Assembly (NCBI GenBank): GCA_041946865.1
Contig: JBHGBF010000008.1
Location: 1-61,703 of the forward strand
Length of the DNA stretch: 61,703 bases
Direction: 5' to 3'
Source: Acidobacteriota bacterium
GTDB taxonomy: Bacteria; Acidobacteriota; UBA6911; RPQK01
Shown: positions 38,032 to 48,601 of the stretch, piece by piece
How positions within the stretch are numbered: position 1 is the first letter of the stretch
Layout of the letters: each line of letters begins with the position of its first letter
The notes under the pieces: generated by a model
The model's database searches: none
Told to the model about the DNA's origin: nothing
Seen by the model: only the letters and a program-made list of their open reading frames with translations
Position numbers and translations under genes: made by a program

Positions 38032-39321
38032 CTACCAGTTTGCGAGATTAGCGGTACCTAGTCGGTCATCGAAAAGCTCGATCCGATTCTTGCCGAGGAG
38101 CTTTGCCCGATACATTGCGGAGTCGGCGTCGCGCAGCATGTCCTCGGCCGTCTGATACGCGGAGGAGATCATTGAAATCCCCATACTCACCGTGGCGACG
38201 ACTTCCCGATCGGTGAGCAGGACCGGCCGGGAGACCTCAAGGCTGATTCGCTGGGCGATCCTTACGGCGTCGGAGGGATCGGTGATGTCGTCGAGCAGCA
38301 CGGTAAATTCGTCGCCTCCGAGGCGGGCCACGGTGTCACCGGCACGCAGACACCGCTCAAGCCGGCGGGCGATCGTAATTAAAAGCTCGTCACCGGCCAG
38401 GTGACCGAGCGTGTCATTGATCAGTTTGAAGTCGTCGACATCGAGGAAGATGACGGCAAAGCCGCGGGTCAGATCGTGGCGAAACTTCTGGATGAGCCGC
38501 TCGAGACGATCGAGGAACAGGACCCGGTTGGGGAGCCCGGTCAGCGCATCTGCGGCTTTCGCCCGCGTGATATCCGTCTGCGATCCCGCCACGCGGTAGG
38601 CTTGTCCCAAGGCATCGCGGACCGCCAGCCCATGCACCACCATCCACCGGTAGTTCCCGTCCTTGTGGAGAATCCGGTACTCGTGCTCCACGTGCGAGGT
38701 GCGGCCTGCGAGGTGTGCCTCAAGCTCGGCACGCAAGAGCTCGACGTCTTCGGGATGAATCCTGCCGAACCATTCGTCCGGCCTGTCACCGATCTCGCCC
38801 TCCTGCCATCCCAACATCGCTTTCCAACGACTGGAGTATTGAATGCGGCCGGAGCGCAGGTCCCAGTGCCACAGCCCGTCAATCGAGCCTCGGGCCGCGA
38901 GCGCATAACGCTCTTCACTGTCGCGCAGCGCCTCCTCCGCCTGTTTCAGCGCCAAATGGTTTTGAATTCGCGCCATGGCGACCAGGAGGTCGACGGGCTT
39001 GGTCACGTAGTCGTTTGCACCCTCTTTGAGAGCCTGAAGAGCGATATCGCTCTCCCTTTTCCCGGCGAGCAAAATGATGGGCAATCGGCTCACTGCGAAA
39101 TCGCGCCTGATCGCACGCAACGCGTCAATGCCGTTGAAACGGGGCAGGCAGGTGTTGAGCAATACCAGGTCCACTCGCTGACCGCGAAGCCAATCCAGTG
39201 CCTGTGCGCTTCCGGTCACTTCGCCGACTTCGTAACCCTGGCGGCGCAAACGGCGAGCCAGCAAGCTTCTCCTCGCCGGTCCGCCGTCAACTAACAACAA
39301 ACTGGCACGTACGGAATTCAT
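38032..39321 (-). CDS. Diguanylate cyclase (degenerate REC-PAS-GGDEF)
   Basis: REC-like N-term, PAS (DGLWHWD, IHPED), DALTGLPNR, FKLINDTLGH, RAGD I-site, ARLGGDEF. Confidence 0.9.
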   Translation of the reverse strand: MNSVRASLLLVDGGPARRSLLARRLRRQGYEVGEVTGSAQALDWLRGQRVDLVLLNTCLPRFNGIDALRAIRRDFAVSRLPIILLAGKRESDIALQALKEGANDYVTKPVDLLVAMARIQNHLALKQAEEALRDSEERYALAARGSIDGLWHWDLRSGRIQYSSRWKAMLGWQEGEIGDRPDEWFGRIHPEDVELLRAELEAHLAGRTSHVEHEYRILHKDGNYRWMVVHGLAVRDALGQAYRVAGSQTDITRAKAADALTGLPNRVLFLDRLERLIQKFRHDLTRGFAVIFLDVDDFKLINDTLGHLAGDELLITIARRLERCLRAGDTVARLGGDEFTVLLDDITDPSDAVRIAQRISLEVSRPVLLTDREVVATVSMGISMISSAYQTAEDMLRDADSAMYRAKLLGKNRIELFDDRLGTANLANW

Positions 39322-39595
39322 AGCAATCAAACCTGAGCAGCATACGGATCATCCTGTCCGGAAGCGCTGAAGTCATCGGACCTGCCGTGTATTCCCCAAG
39401 GGCATGGATCCGTTCGAAAACTGCGCGCGATAAAGGGATGCGCCCTGTATTCTCGCCGTACTCAGGTTCCCTGAATTCTGAGTTTATTCTAATCACCCGG
39501 CATCCGGGTCTCCTGTGATTCTCCTTACCGTCCGGCGGGAAAATTCCGCCTGCGTCGGGGTGTGCTAGCATGGATTTCACAACCGGGGAATCCGT

Positions 39596-41473
39596 TTGGC
39601 CGACACCAAGCCCGCAAAAGACCGCATCAAACTGTCGAGCATCGCGCGTGACGCGCGCGAATTGGTCTGGCCGCGGCGCGGCCTGCTCGCTTTGGGGTTG
39701 ATCCTCATCCTGATCAACCGCTTAGCGGGGCTCGTGCTCCCGGGGGCCACCAAATTCCTCATCGACGATGTGGTTCAAAAGCGTAACCTCGCGCTCTTGA
39801 CTCCGTTGGCGCTGATCTGCGGCGCCGCCGTCCTGGTCCAGGCGATCACTTCGTTCACGCTGACGCAGGTTCTCAGCAAGACGGCCCAGCGTCTGATTGC
39901 CGACTTGCGTATTAAAGTCCAGCGGCATATTGGCCGACTGCCGGTTCGTTACTACGACGCGAACAAGACGGGGGCCCTGGTTTCGCGGATCATGTCCGAT
40001 GTCGAAGGCATACGCAATCTGGTCGGCACTGGTCTGGTCGAGCTGCTGGGCGGGATCCTCACCGCCATTGTGGCTTTCGGTCTGCTGTTGAGAATCAACG
40101 CGACTCTCACCTTTGCCGCCGTGGGCTTCCTAACGGTTTTCAGCCTGCTTGTGACGCGGGCTTTTTCGTGGATTCGGCCGATCTTCCGCGAGCGCGGCAA
40201 GATCCACGCCGATGTGTCCGGACGACTGACCGAGTCGCTTGGAGGAGTGCGGATTGTCAAAGGGTTTCACGCCGAGGCGCGGGAGGCGTCGACTTTTGCC
40301 GCAGGCGCGTTGCGCCTTTTTGATAATGTCCGGCGCACGCTTCTGGCCACTTCGCTGATGAGCATGTCCGGAACTCTGCTGATGGGTATCGTGAGCATCA
40401 CCGTCATGGTCATGGGCGGACGGATGATCGTCCAGGGAGACATGACCTTGGGCGATTTTGTGGCCTTCTCGCTCTATCTCGGACTGCTGATCGCGCCTGT
40501 GTTCCAGATCGTAAACATCGGAAGCCAGCTCACAGAAGCTTTCGCCGGCCTGGATCGCATGCATGAAGTGCTCTCCGAAACACCGGAGGACGTAGACCCC
40601 CAGCGGACCATCAGCATGGACGGCATCGCCGGGCATGTCCGGTTCGAGGATGTCTCGTTTGAATACGAAAAGGACAGACCCGTGCTGCACTCGGTGTCGC
40701 TCGAGGCGGTACCCGGCACGTCGACCGCGCTGGTCGGGCCGTCGGGATCGGGAAAAAGCACGCTGATCGGCCTGATTGCCGCCTTCGCCAAGCCGTCCCG
40801 CGGGAACATCTTCGTCGATGGTACAGACCTGTCCAAGGTATGCCTCGATTCGTACCGTTCAAAACTGGGAGTCGTCCTGCAGGACAACTTCTTGTTTGAC
40901 GGGACAATCAAGGAGAACATCCTATTCGGCCGCCCGGAGGCAACCGACGAGGAGATGGAGCGCGCCGCCCGGATTGCGCGGGTCGACGAGTTTGCCGGGG
41001 CTATGGAGAAGCGTTACGACACCGTGATCGGCGAACGCGGTGTCCGGCTGTCCGGCGGCCAACGCCAGCGGGTTGCGATTGCGCGAGCCATTCTCGCCAA
41101 TCCCCGCATTCTGATTCTCGATGAAGCCACTTCGAGCCTCGACACCGAAAGCGAAGCTCTTATCCAGGAAGGACTGGCAGCCCTCATGAAAGGGCGTACG
41201 ACCTTCATCATCGCCCACCGGCTGAGCACGATTCGATCGGCAGACCAGATTCTGGTCTTGGAGCAGGGGCGCATCGTGGAACGGGGCAGTCACGACGAGT
41301 TATTGCGGGCACGGGGAAGGTACTTTGAACTGTACACCCGACAGGCGGGCATCGAGGCCAATATCTTCGTGAATCCGGGGGAACGGGAGTCGGTGCCCGA
41401 GCCCGAAGAACCGGAAAAGCCCCAAGCTGAGCCCGCCGCTCTCGATCTGCTGCGCGGGGCAGGAGAGCGCTGA
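39596..41473 (+). CDS. ABC exporter, fused permease/ATPase (MsbA-like)
   Basis: TM domain; GPSGSGKS, LSGGQRQR, ILILDEATS, AHRLSTI. Confidence 0.93.
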   Translation: MADTKPAKDRIKLSSIARDARELVWPRRGLLALGLILILINRLAGLVLPGATKFLIDDVVQKRNLALLTPLALICGAAVLVQAITSFTLTQVLSKTAQRLIADLRIKVQRHIGRLPVRYYDANKTGALVSRIMSDVEGIRNLVGTGLVELLGGILTAIVAFGLLLRINATLTFAAVGFLTVFSLLVTRAFSWIRPIFRERGKIHADVSGRLTESLGGVRIVKGFHAEAREASTFAAGALRLFDNVRRTLLATSLMSMSGTLLMGIVSITVMVMGGRMIVQGDMTLGDFVAFSLYLGLLIAPVFQIVNIGSQLTEAFAGLDRMHEVLSETPEDVDPQRTISMDGIAGHVRFEDVSFEYEKDRPVLHSVSLEAVPGTSTALVGPSGSGKSTLIGLIAAFAKPSRGNIFVDGTDLSKVCLDSYRSKLGVVLQDNFLFDGTIKENILFGRPEATDEEMERAARIARVDEFAGAMEKRYDTVIGERGVRLSGGQRQRVAIARAILANPRILILDEATSSLDTESEALIQEGLAALMKGRTTFIIAHRLSTIRSADQILVLEQGRIVERGSHDELLRARGRYFELYTRQAGIEANIFVNPGERESVPEPEEPEKPQAEPAALDLLRGAGER

Positions 41474-41482
41474 TGCCGTGGC

Positions 41483-41543
41483 AGGTCCACGAACCAATAC
41501 GAACAGAACGGCTTTGTTTCTGTTCGTGTTGGTTCGTGGACCT
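41483..41543. terminator. 26-bp stem hairpin between convergent genes (bidirectional terminator/REP-like)
   Basis: AGGTCCACGAACCAATACGAACAGAA ... TTCTGTTCGTGTTGGTTCGTGGACCT with one mismatch. Confidence 0.7.
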
Positions 41544-42636
41544 ACTTCGTCTCTGTTACCTTCTTGAGGCTCTCCGGATGATCTGGGTTCAAGCCTTTCG
41601 CCTGGGCCAGCGTCATCGCGAAGAACTGTCCCGGAATCACGGCTACCAAGGGACTGAGCCATTCGGGAATCCCCTGAGGGATGGGACAGGATGTGTTGCC
41701 GATGCCCAGCAGCTCGGAATCGTCGGACACCATTAGCAGCTCGGCTTCCAGCTTCCTGAGCATGCCGACAAGGTGCCGGATATCGTCGATCACCGCTCCG
41801 GAAGGAGCGATCACCATGACGGGAAATCCACTGCGCACCATGGCGATCGGCCCGTGCAGGAAGTCAGCCGACGAGTAGGGCTCCGTAATGGTCCGTGTCA
41901 GCTCCTTGATCTTTAAGGCGACCTCGAAGGCGGTGGCGTAGTTGAAGCCCCGGCCAATGACGACGCAGTGGGACATGTACCGGTACCGCTCTACCCTGTC
42001 GAGCGCGCCAAGAACAGCAGGAAACGCGCTCTCCATGATGGCCGGAAGCCGGCGCAGCTGGTCAAGACGCCCCCGGTCGTGCTCCAAAGCAGCGGAAAGC
42101 AGCGCCAGCGCTCCAAGGGAAGCGGTGTACGTCTTGGTCGCCGCAATGGAACGCTCCGGGCCGGCTTTCAGGTCGATCACGCATTCGGACGTCTTTGCCA
42201 GAGGGGATTGCGCGTCATTGGTAATGGCAACGGTCGCTTGCCCCTGCCGCCTGGCCTCACTCACAACTTCCACGATATCCGGCGACTGCCCGGACTGTGA
42301 GATGCCGATGACCAGGGACCTGCCCATGCGGGGTGGATGCCGATACATCGTGAACAGCGACGCCGTCGCCAGGGCTACCGGCAGGCGGTTATGATACCCG
42401 AACAAATACTGCGCATAGCGGGCGGCATTGTCCGAGCTTCCCCGGGCGGCCAACACCACATAATCAAAGCGATAGGGACGATCGCCTCGGTCTGCGTCCC
42501 GATTCCTGAGCGTTTCGGCAATTTTCAGGACCTTCTCCGTCTGCGACTCGAGCAGGTGATGGAGGACTGCAGGTTGCTCCCTGATTTCGCCTTCCAAAAT
42601 CGACGATGGTCTGGTCACGGCTGTCAATGATATCAA
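41542..42636 (-). CDS. Double SIS-domain sugar-phosphate isomerase/deaminase (GlmS C-terminal-like)
   Basis: EIREQP, ARGSSDNA, ISQSGQS, AGPERSIAATKTY, EVALKIKE, HGPIAM, LKKVTET. Confidence 0.88.
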   Translation of the reverse strand: MISLTAVTRPSSILEGEIREQPAVLHHLLESQTEKVLKIAETLRNRDADRGDRPYRFDYVVLAARGSSDNAARYAQYLFGYHNRLPVALATASLFTMYRHPPRMGRSLVIGISQSGQSPDIVEVVSEARRQGQATVAITNDAQSPLAKTSECVIDLKAGPERSIAATKTYTASLGALALLSAALEHDRGRLDQLRRLPAIMESAFPAVLGALDRVERYRYMSHCVVIGRGFNYATAFEVALKIKELTRTITEPYSSADFLHGPIAMVRSGFPVMVIAPSGAVIDDIRHLVGMLRKLEAELLMVSDDSELLGIGNTSCPIPQGIPEWLSPLVAVIPGQFFAMTLAQAKGLNPDHPESLKKVTETK

Positions 42637-42690
42637 CAGGCCTCAAACGGATGCCACTCGCGCGCAGGAGAAAATGCCTGCGGCTGACAC

Positions 42691-44238
42691 TCATTTTGCG
42701 CTGGGATCGGTCGCCAGCTTTTCGTACACGGCGCGCGCCTCCCGGTAAAGCGCGAGCGTCTCGGCTTTCTGTTCCGGCGTGCGGAATTTGGCCTTGGTTT
42801 CCGTGTAGCAAATCAGTTGATCGACCTTCGCCAGAATGGCGCGGGCGTCTGCCGGGAATCGTACAGGTCGGCGATCCAGAAGAACGTACGCCGGGCTGGT
42901 GTGGGCGAAAACCAACGTCTCGTCTGACGGCTCGAAAGCGCGGACCGCGACCCATGAAGAAACTTCAGGCTGGAGCTTTTCGCTGGCGCGAAACTCTAGC
43001 TTGCCGGCCGCCGGGTACGTACGCCAGACCTTGCCATTCACGATCAGCTCGACCCGGTCCAATCCTTTCCGGGACCGGACAACCGCATCGATGCCGATCA
43101 CTTCGCGTCTCTGGAGATCAGCCCTGGAACCCGGTGCCACCTTGCCGTTGATCCTGAAATCAATAATCGGCCCGTTGGTCGAGAAGCTCCGGCCTTCTTT
43201 GAGCGCCCGCATGAAGTTGTCGTACGTGAACGGCTGCTTTTCCAGATACACGTACACGCGGTCGTATCCGACCGGTGTCGCCTTCACGCCGCTCGCGCAA
43301 CCGCCGGAGAGCGGAAGCGTCAGGCCGCAGTTCAGGATCTGGTAATAGAAATCCATCATCCAATGAGCGAATTCCAGGTCACCGTAGTACCCCATCTCCA
43401 CCGGCCAGTGAGACCAGGGAATCAGATCGGTGTCGACATCGTGCGGAAGGAAGTGATTGCAGTTGATTTCGATAAAGTCGATTTCGCCGAGTGCGACATT
43501 GACGTAAGTGTCGAGCCAGAAAAGCTTGTCTCCGCTTACATAGCCTCCCTGCCGATGAGCCTGACGGGTGAAGTGAGCCGCGGGGGGATAGTATTCGTCT
43601 CCCTGAAAAGGTATGGGTAAGTCGCGTGCCATCAGGACCACGGCGCCAGGACCGCCTTGAATCCTCTCCACCTCTTCAGAGTTGGCCGTGAAGAAGTGGC
43701 TCTCATCGACGATCACCGGGAAGGCGGCGGCATTCGGAAACGGCTGCGACGCTCTTTCGCTCCAGACATGGTAGGTAATGGTGGGAGCAAAGTTGAGATC
43801 CTCTGCCGGCAGTATCTGGCCCAGTTCCCTGGGATCCCGGTGAACATGCATGTCCGCCGAGAACCAGCCGCTCTGGTTCATCGACACCCATCTCCGCAAG
43901 GAAACAGACACGGACAAGCCGGCCGCCGGCTTGAAGTTCAGTCGAGCGGGTTCGTATTCCAGTCCGCGAGCCACGGTCAGCTCGCAAGGAGATGACGGCA
44001 AGTCGAAGGAATCATCACCGCTCAGCAGGAAATGCTCTTCGGCGCCGCGCCGGTAAGCCGGCGCCCCGGCAGGAAAAACCGCTTGCCCACCGCATTTCAG
44101 GTACGCGCGGGCGGCGACCGTCTGCCCGGTTTCAGCATCGGTCACGACGACCCGTACTCTCTCGGCAACGAGAGCGGATCCGGAATCCAGGGTCAGGCAA
44201 CAAAACCCAAGGCTTATCAGGCGAGTCCAGAGCGTCAC
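42691..44238 (-). CDS. Secreted CehA/McbA-family PHP-like metallohydrolase
   Basis: Signal peptide; RGLEY, GWFSADMHVH, VGYDRVYV, EGRSFSTNGP, FAHTSP. Confidence 0.75.
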   Translation of the reverse strand: MTLWTRLISLGFCCLTLDSGSALVAERVRVVVTDAETGQTVAARAYLKCGGQAVFPAGAPAYRRGAEEHFLLSGDDSFDLPSSPCELTVARGLEYEPARLNFKPAAGLSVSVSLRRWVSMNQSGWFSADMHVHRDPRELGQILPAEDLNFAPTITYHVWSERASQPFPNAAAFPVIVDESHFFTANSEEVERIQGGPGAVVLMARDLPIPFQGDEYYPPAAHFTRQAHRQGGYVSGDKLFWLDTYVNVALGEIDFIEINCNHFLPHDVDTDLIPWSHWPVEMGYYGDLEFAHWMMDFYYQILNCGLTLPLSGGCASGVKATPVGYDRVYVYLEKQPFTYDNFMRALKEGRSFSTNGPIIDFRINGKVAPGSRADLQRREVIGIDAVVRSRKGLDRVELIVNGKVWRTYPAAGKLEFRASEKLQPEVSSWVAVRAFEPSDETLVFAHTSPAYVLLDRRPVRFPADARAILAKVDQLICYTETKAKFRTPEQKAETLALYREARAVYEKLATDPSAK

Positions 44239-44269
44239 GATTCCCCTCCTTGCAGGGAATGGTAGCAGA

Positions 44270-44833
44270 TCAGAACGTCAGAAGCAGACCGCCGCTTAGT
44301 TCCAGGATGTTAAAGTTCTCTTTGTTGAGGTCGGGAGGCAGAGCAAGCAGCTCTATTCCATCGGGGATGTTGTAGTAACGGACATCGAAACGCAGGCCAA
44401 GCGGCCCGGCGATGTTCCTGACTTTCAATCCTCCGCCGGCATTCCAGGTCCAGGCACTGCGTACTCTGAACGTGGTATCACGCTGCCCGACGATCCCTCC
44501 GAATCCCAGAGTGGCGAACGGGACGAACCCGGCCACCGGCAACTGGACCAGGAAGTTCCCGTTCAGCATGTGAATCGTATCATCGAATGTCCCCAGCCTA
44601 TCCTTCAGGCCGGTCGCGGCGGTGTAGCCGAATTCCGTGCCCAGGACACCTAAGAATGACTGCCCGAGCCGAAACCCGAACGCGCTTCCGTTGTCGAAAT
44701 CGACCTGCGTCAGATCGCTCCCCGGGTCATAGAAGCCCACGAATCCTTCCACCTCTGTTTGAGCGAACGCCGCAGGGACTAAAGCGACAAAGACAACTGA
44801 CAGGACGGCAAGGGTTTTCATGTCTCTCATCAT
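44270..44833 (-). CDS. Outer-membrane beta-barrel protein (8-stranded OmpA/W-like)
   Basis: Signal peptide; amphipathic strands, WNAGGGLK, LRFDVRY, terminal Phe. Confidence 0.8.
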   Translation of the reverse strand: MMRDMKTLAVLSVVFVALVPAAFAQTEVEGFVGFYDPGSDLTQVDFDNGSAFGFRLGQSFLGVLGTEFGYTAATGLKDRLGTFDDTIHMLNGNFLVQLPVAGFVPFATLGFGGIVGQRDTTFRVRSAWTWNAGGGLKVRNIAGPLGLRFDVRYYNIPDGIELLALPPDLNKENFNILELSGGLLLTF

Positions 44834-44925
44834 ACCATCCGGTTCAGCGGGCTTAGCCCGGATTTCTCACAATTTGCGGTTGGCCGAAGCCATAGCGGGC
44901 CGGCTCAGGGCGAGAGGGGTCGCGG

Positions 44926-45756
44926 TCAGATGTCCTGGCGGCTGAGCAGGCGCCGGGCCACGACTAGCGGAGCAACGGCCCAGAATCCGAGAGCGAGGAG
45001 AAGCAGGGCGACACTGGCGGCGTTCCCTCCCAGGAACCTGACCAGAGCGGCCCCTGCCGGTCCAAAGATCTGTTCCCCGTTCAGGACGATCAGACTCGCG
45101 ACCCGAACCAGGTCAACCGGGTTGCCAAAAAGCGAGGCAAAGAGAAACGTATTGGCTGTTCTCTCCGGCAGCAGGAAGGTGACGCCGATGACGAGCAGGT
45201 CATAAAACAGGACGAAGAAGAACCAGACAAACAACGCAACGCCAAAAGCTACGGGCTTGCGCTTGCAGGCCAACGCGACTGCTGCCGAAAGGCTGAGGAA
45301 GACCATTGCGAGAGCCTGCGCGAGCAGGACCAGGAGGGGATAGCGCAGCAGGCCTTCGGCCCCGGCCTTGGCGGCAATGACCAGCCCCGCGACCCCGAAG
45401 CCAAGCAAGCTGGCCGCAAGGACCGCCGCAAAGAGACCGATGACCTTCCCCAGCAGGATCTCGGTGCGGGTTACGGGTTGAGAGAAGACCAGCTCCCCGG
45501 CGCTTCTCTCACTCGTCAGGCTCAATGTCCCCATGGTCAGGGAGACGAGCGGGACGATATACAAAACCAGGTTGAGCAGGCTTGCAGAAGTGCGGGTGAA
45601 CCCCTGAAAACCGAGCTCGGCAGCCGTCGCCAGTCCAAAATACGAAATGGCCAGCACCAAGGCGCCGAACACCAGGGCAAAGATCAAGATCCAGCGGTTG
45701 CGGATGTTGATCATCAGCTCGAGACGCGCCACTGTTCGGACAGAGATCAGGTTCAT
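44926..45756 (-). CDS. nosY: Nitrous oxide reductase maturation ABC permease
   Basis: RNRW, SLLNLVLYIVPL, LVFSQPVTR..ILLGK, NPVDLVR; position in cluster. Confidence 0.88.
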   Translation of the reverse strand: MNLISVRTVARLELMINIRNRWILIFALVFGALVLAISYFGLATAAELGFQGFTRTSASLLNLVLYIVPLVSLTMGTLSLTSERSAGELVFSQPVTRTEILLGKVIGLFAAVLAASLLGFGVAGLVIAAKAGAEGLLRYPLLVLLAQALAMVFLSLSAAVALACKRKPVAFGVALFVWFFFVLFYDLLVIGVTFLLPERTANTFLFASLFGNPVDLVRVASLIVLNGEQIFGPAGAALVRFLGGNAASVALLLLALGFWAVAPLVVARRLLSRQDI

Positions 45757-45808
45757 GGCTCGGCCTTCTAGTCAGTGCCACTAAGAAAAGGAAGCCGTTT
45801 GCGAGACG

Positions 45809-46258
45809 TCATCGGTGCGCCATACTCTTCATTACATCGGCGTAACTTGACACTTTTGCGTCGTACCTTGCGGCTGCCCGCTCGGCGTCGGACCGGTCTT
45901 TGAATGCGACGAGGCCGCTCGCCATAGGGGTTGATATGGCGCTGCTCCGCAGGAAGTACGCCTCTTTGACGTTCACCCATTCCCTTTTTTCGAAATCCAC
46001 TGCAAAAGCGGGGGGCTCGTCCCGTGTCGTGCGGTCCCTGATATCCGCGAGCAGACAGCCCAGATCATCGAATTTACGCGCCACACCGGCCTCCACCACG
46101 ATCTCGCCGGCAAAGCGCTTGTCGGAGATGGCCATTTTGCACCGGCTGCACATGTCCTCCGGATAGATCTCGACCGGTTCCAGTGTCGAGGAAATGCAGC
46201 CGGCGCTGCCCAAAACGATGGTGAACAGCAACGGCAACCAGAGGCGCTGAGCGCCCAT
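45809..46258 (-). CDS. nosL: Copper chaperone lipoprotein NosL
   Basis: Lipobox SAGC; CSRCKMAI, FDDLGC, TPMASGL. Confidence 0.9.
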   Translation of the reverse strand: MGAQRLWLPLLFTIVLGSAGCISSTLEPVEIYPEDMCSRCKMAISDKRFAGEIVVEAGVARKFDDLGCLLADIRDRTTRDEPPAFAVDFEKREWVNVKEAYFLRSSAISTPMASGLVAFKDRSDAERAAARYDAKVSSYADVMKSMAHR

Positions 46259-46274
46259 AAGAGATCCCTTCCGC

Positions 46275-47180
46275 CTACAAACCACGCAAGTAGGTCAAGT
46301 AGAAATCCTCCAGCGACGGGTCCTGCGTCGTGAATTCCAGAATTTGAGCGCCGGCCTGCTGCAGGGCTTTGAGGATTCTCAGCCGTCGCTCCGGCACTGA
46401 CGTGACAACCAGGCGCTCACCCTCCAGTGTCACGTCCTGGGCGCCGGCCGCACGGGCCACGTCAACCAGCCTGCAATCCAAATGTTGAATGGCCACTCGC
46501 ATCTTCGACTCCCGGTTAAGCTTTTCCCTGAGGCCGTCGACGGTCTGGACCGAAGCCAGCCGGCCGCCGACAAAGATCCCGACCCGGTCAGCCAGCTGTT
46601 CGACGTCCGCCAGCATGTGCGAGGAGAAAACGATCGTTCTCCCCTTGGCTTTGAGCTCGAGCAGAAAGCGGCGAAAGCGCACCGCCCCTTCCGGATCGAG
46701 ATTGATCATCGGCTCATCGAGGATCAGGAGAGGAGTATCGGGGAGACAGGCCACCAGCAGTCCCAACCGCTGCAGCAGACCTCCGGAAAGGGTGCTGACG
46801 GGCTTGTCCGCCAGGCCGTTGAACTCGAAGTGCGTTGCGGCTGCCACCTGCGAGAAGCGTCCCGCCTGGGTCCGGCGGAGAGCGCCGTAGAATTCCGCCA
46901 CTTCCCGCACGGTAAGGTTATCCGGAAAGCTGACACGTTGCGGGAGGTAGCTGAGAAGGCGCCGCGCCTCGCGGGGTTGCCTCTGAATATCGATGCCGTC
47001 GATCAGGATCTGCCCTGAAGTCGGTACGGAAAGCCCGACCAGGCATTTCAGAGTCGTAGTCTTCCCGCTTCCATTCGGACCGAGAAGCGCAAAGGTTTCG
47101 CCGGCGCGGATCTCGAGCGACACATCACGAATGGCCTGGAATTCGCCGAATGCCTTGCTGAGACCGGTAATCCTGATCAT
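46275..47180 (-). CDS. nosF: ABC ATPase NosF
   Basis: GPNGSGKT, LSGGLLQR, LILDEP, SSH; ATGA overlap with nosD. Confidence 0.88.
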   Translation of the reverse strand: MIRITGLSKAFGEFQAIRDVSLEIRAGETFALLGPNGSGKTTTLKCLVGLSVPTSGQILIDGIDIQRQPREARRLLSYLPQRVSFPDNLTVREVAEFYGALRRTQAGRFSQVAAATHFEFNGLADKPVSTLSGGLLQRLGLLVACLPDTPLLILDEPMINLDPEGAVRFRRFLLELKAKGRTIVFSSHMLADVEQLADRVGIFVGGRLASVQTVDGLREKLNRESKMRVAIQHLDCRLVDVARAAGAQDVTLEGERLVVTSVPERRLRILKALQQAGAQILEFTTQDPSLEDFYLTYLRGL

Positions 47181-48601
47181 CGCCGGCGCCCCCAACGGAT
47201 TGTTTGTACGGCTCCCGAGAGCATGAGCGCCGAGATGACAGCCAGAAGCGATTGCGACTTGATGTCCGCGCCCCGACGCCCCTGTGATTCAAAGCTGATC
47301 GGGACCGGCTTCATCAAGGGGCACGGGTCGCTCACGGACGGACCATGAATCAGCGGGACGATCGTTTCGGCCGTCGCGATGCCCTGAGCAGCCGGGCTTT
47401 CCAGGTACAGACGAAGCCGCGGATGATTTCCTTCCATGTACTCGAACACGTTCTGTACGCGATGCGGGATGTCCCCGATCCCGTTCGCGTCCAGGTCATA
47501 GCCGCTGTAGTCGCTCCAGTAATTCCCCTTCCCGCCTTCCGCCCATATCGTGGAGGTCCAGCTACCGATCAGCTGAAGCGGGCTTAGGTTCTGAATGAAG
47601 TTGTTGCCGGCGAACAGGTTTTTCTCGGCGCTGCTGAACATTTCCAGAGCAACGTCATTCTCGCCGATGACATTGTTCCGAAACACGCTCGTCCGCAGCG
47701 CTTCCATGAAAATGCCGGTCGCGTTGTCGACGATCACGTTCCGCTCCGCCAGGCAGCGTTCGCAATCTTGAAAAAGGATGCCGAACGAGCTGAACCCCCG
47801 ATTGTGAACAAAGGCGTTACGGCGGAACTGGATATCGGACGAGTACATGATGGCAGCGCCCGCTATGCCGTGACTGAAAACGTTGTCTTCGAAGGTGTTC
47901 CGATCCGAGAACATGTAGTGAACGCCATAGCGGACGCGAAAGACGCGGTTTCGGCGTATTTGATTTCCAGGACTGCTCTGGATGTATAAGCCGTCCCTCG
48001 CATCGAAGATCGTGTTGTCTTCGACAATGTTGTCGGGAGAGTCCCAGAAATGAAGTCCCGCTCCCCGTTCCCCGAGCTCCAGCTGAGGACGCCCGCTGAT
48101 GGTGTTGTTGCGGATGACCGTCTCCCTGGCTCGCAACAGGTAGATACCAAAGAGAACGTCGCGAAGCCGGTTGTCTTCCAGGACTGCCGATCGGGACCTG
48201 ACCAGAATCCCCGAATCCTCGGCCTGCAAGTCGCCGCCCGAATGCTCGATAACCAGGCCGCGAACCTCGCAGGAATCCGCGCTGATCACAATGGTGCTCC
48301 CCTGCCCGGTTCCCCGGATGATCGGTCGTCCGACTCCCTCCAGCTTGACCGTTTTCTTCAGAAGAAGGTTTTCGTTGTACGTGCCTGGATAGATCCGGAC
48401 CACAGCCCCGGGGTGAGCGGCCTCGAGCGCAGCCTGAACGGTCGAATAGCGGGTCACACTACCCACAATTTCGACACGCGGCAGCGGCGCCGCGGCCAGA
48501 ACGCTGAAAAGCCACAGAGCGACCAGCAGACCTGGGAGGACAAACACCCCGCCGGTACCGGCCGGATGCCCGAGTTCCCGTCTTTTAGGGTGCGTACCCA
48601 A
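47177..48601 (-). CDS. nosD: Periplasmic copper-sulfur insertion protein NosD
   Basis: Beta-helix repeats; RYGVHYMFSD, GNYWSDY.GYDLDANGIGD. Confidence 0.92.
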   Translation of the reverse strand: MGTHPKRRELGHPAGTGGVFVLPGLLVALWLFSVLAAAPLPRVEIVGSVTRYSTVQAALEAAHPGAVVRIYPGTYNENLLLKKTVKLEGVGRPIIRGTGQGSTIVISADSCEVRGLVIEHSGGDLQAEDSGILVRSRSAVLEDNRLRDVLFGIYLLRARETVIRNNTISGRPQLELGERGAGLHFWDSPDNIVEDNTIFDARDGLYIQSSPGNQIRRNRVFRVRYGVHYMFSDRNTFEDNVFSHGIAGAAIMYSSDIQFRRNAFVHNRGFSSFGILFQDCERCLAERNVIVDNATGIFMEALRTSVFRNNVIGENDVALEMFSSAEKNLFAGNNFIQNLSPLQLIGSWTSTIWAEGGKGNYWSDYSGYDLDANGIGDIPHRVQNVFEYMEGNHPRLRLYLESPAAQGIATAETIVPLIHGPSVSDPCPLMKPVPISFESQGRRGADIKSQSLLAVISALMLSGAVQTIRWGRRR

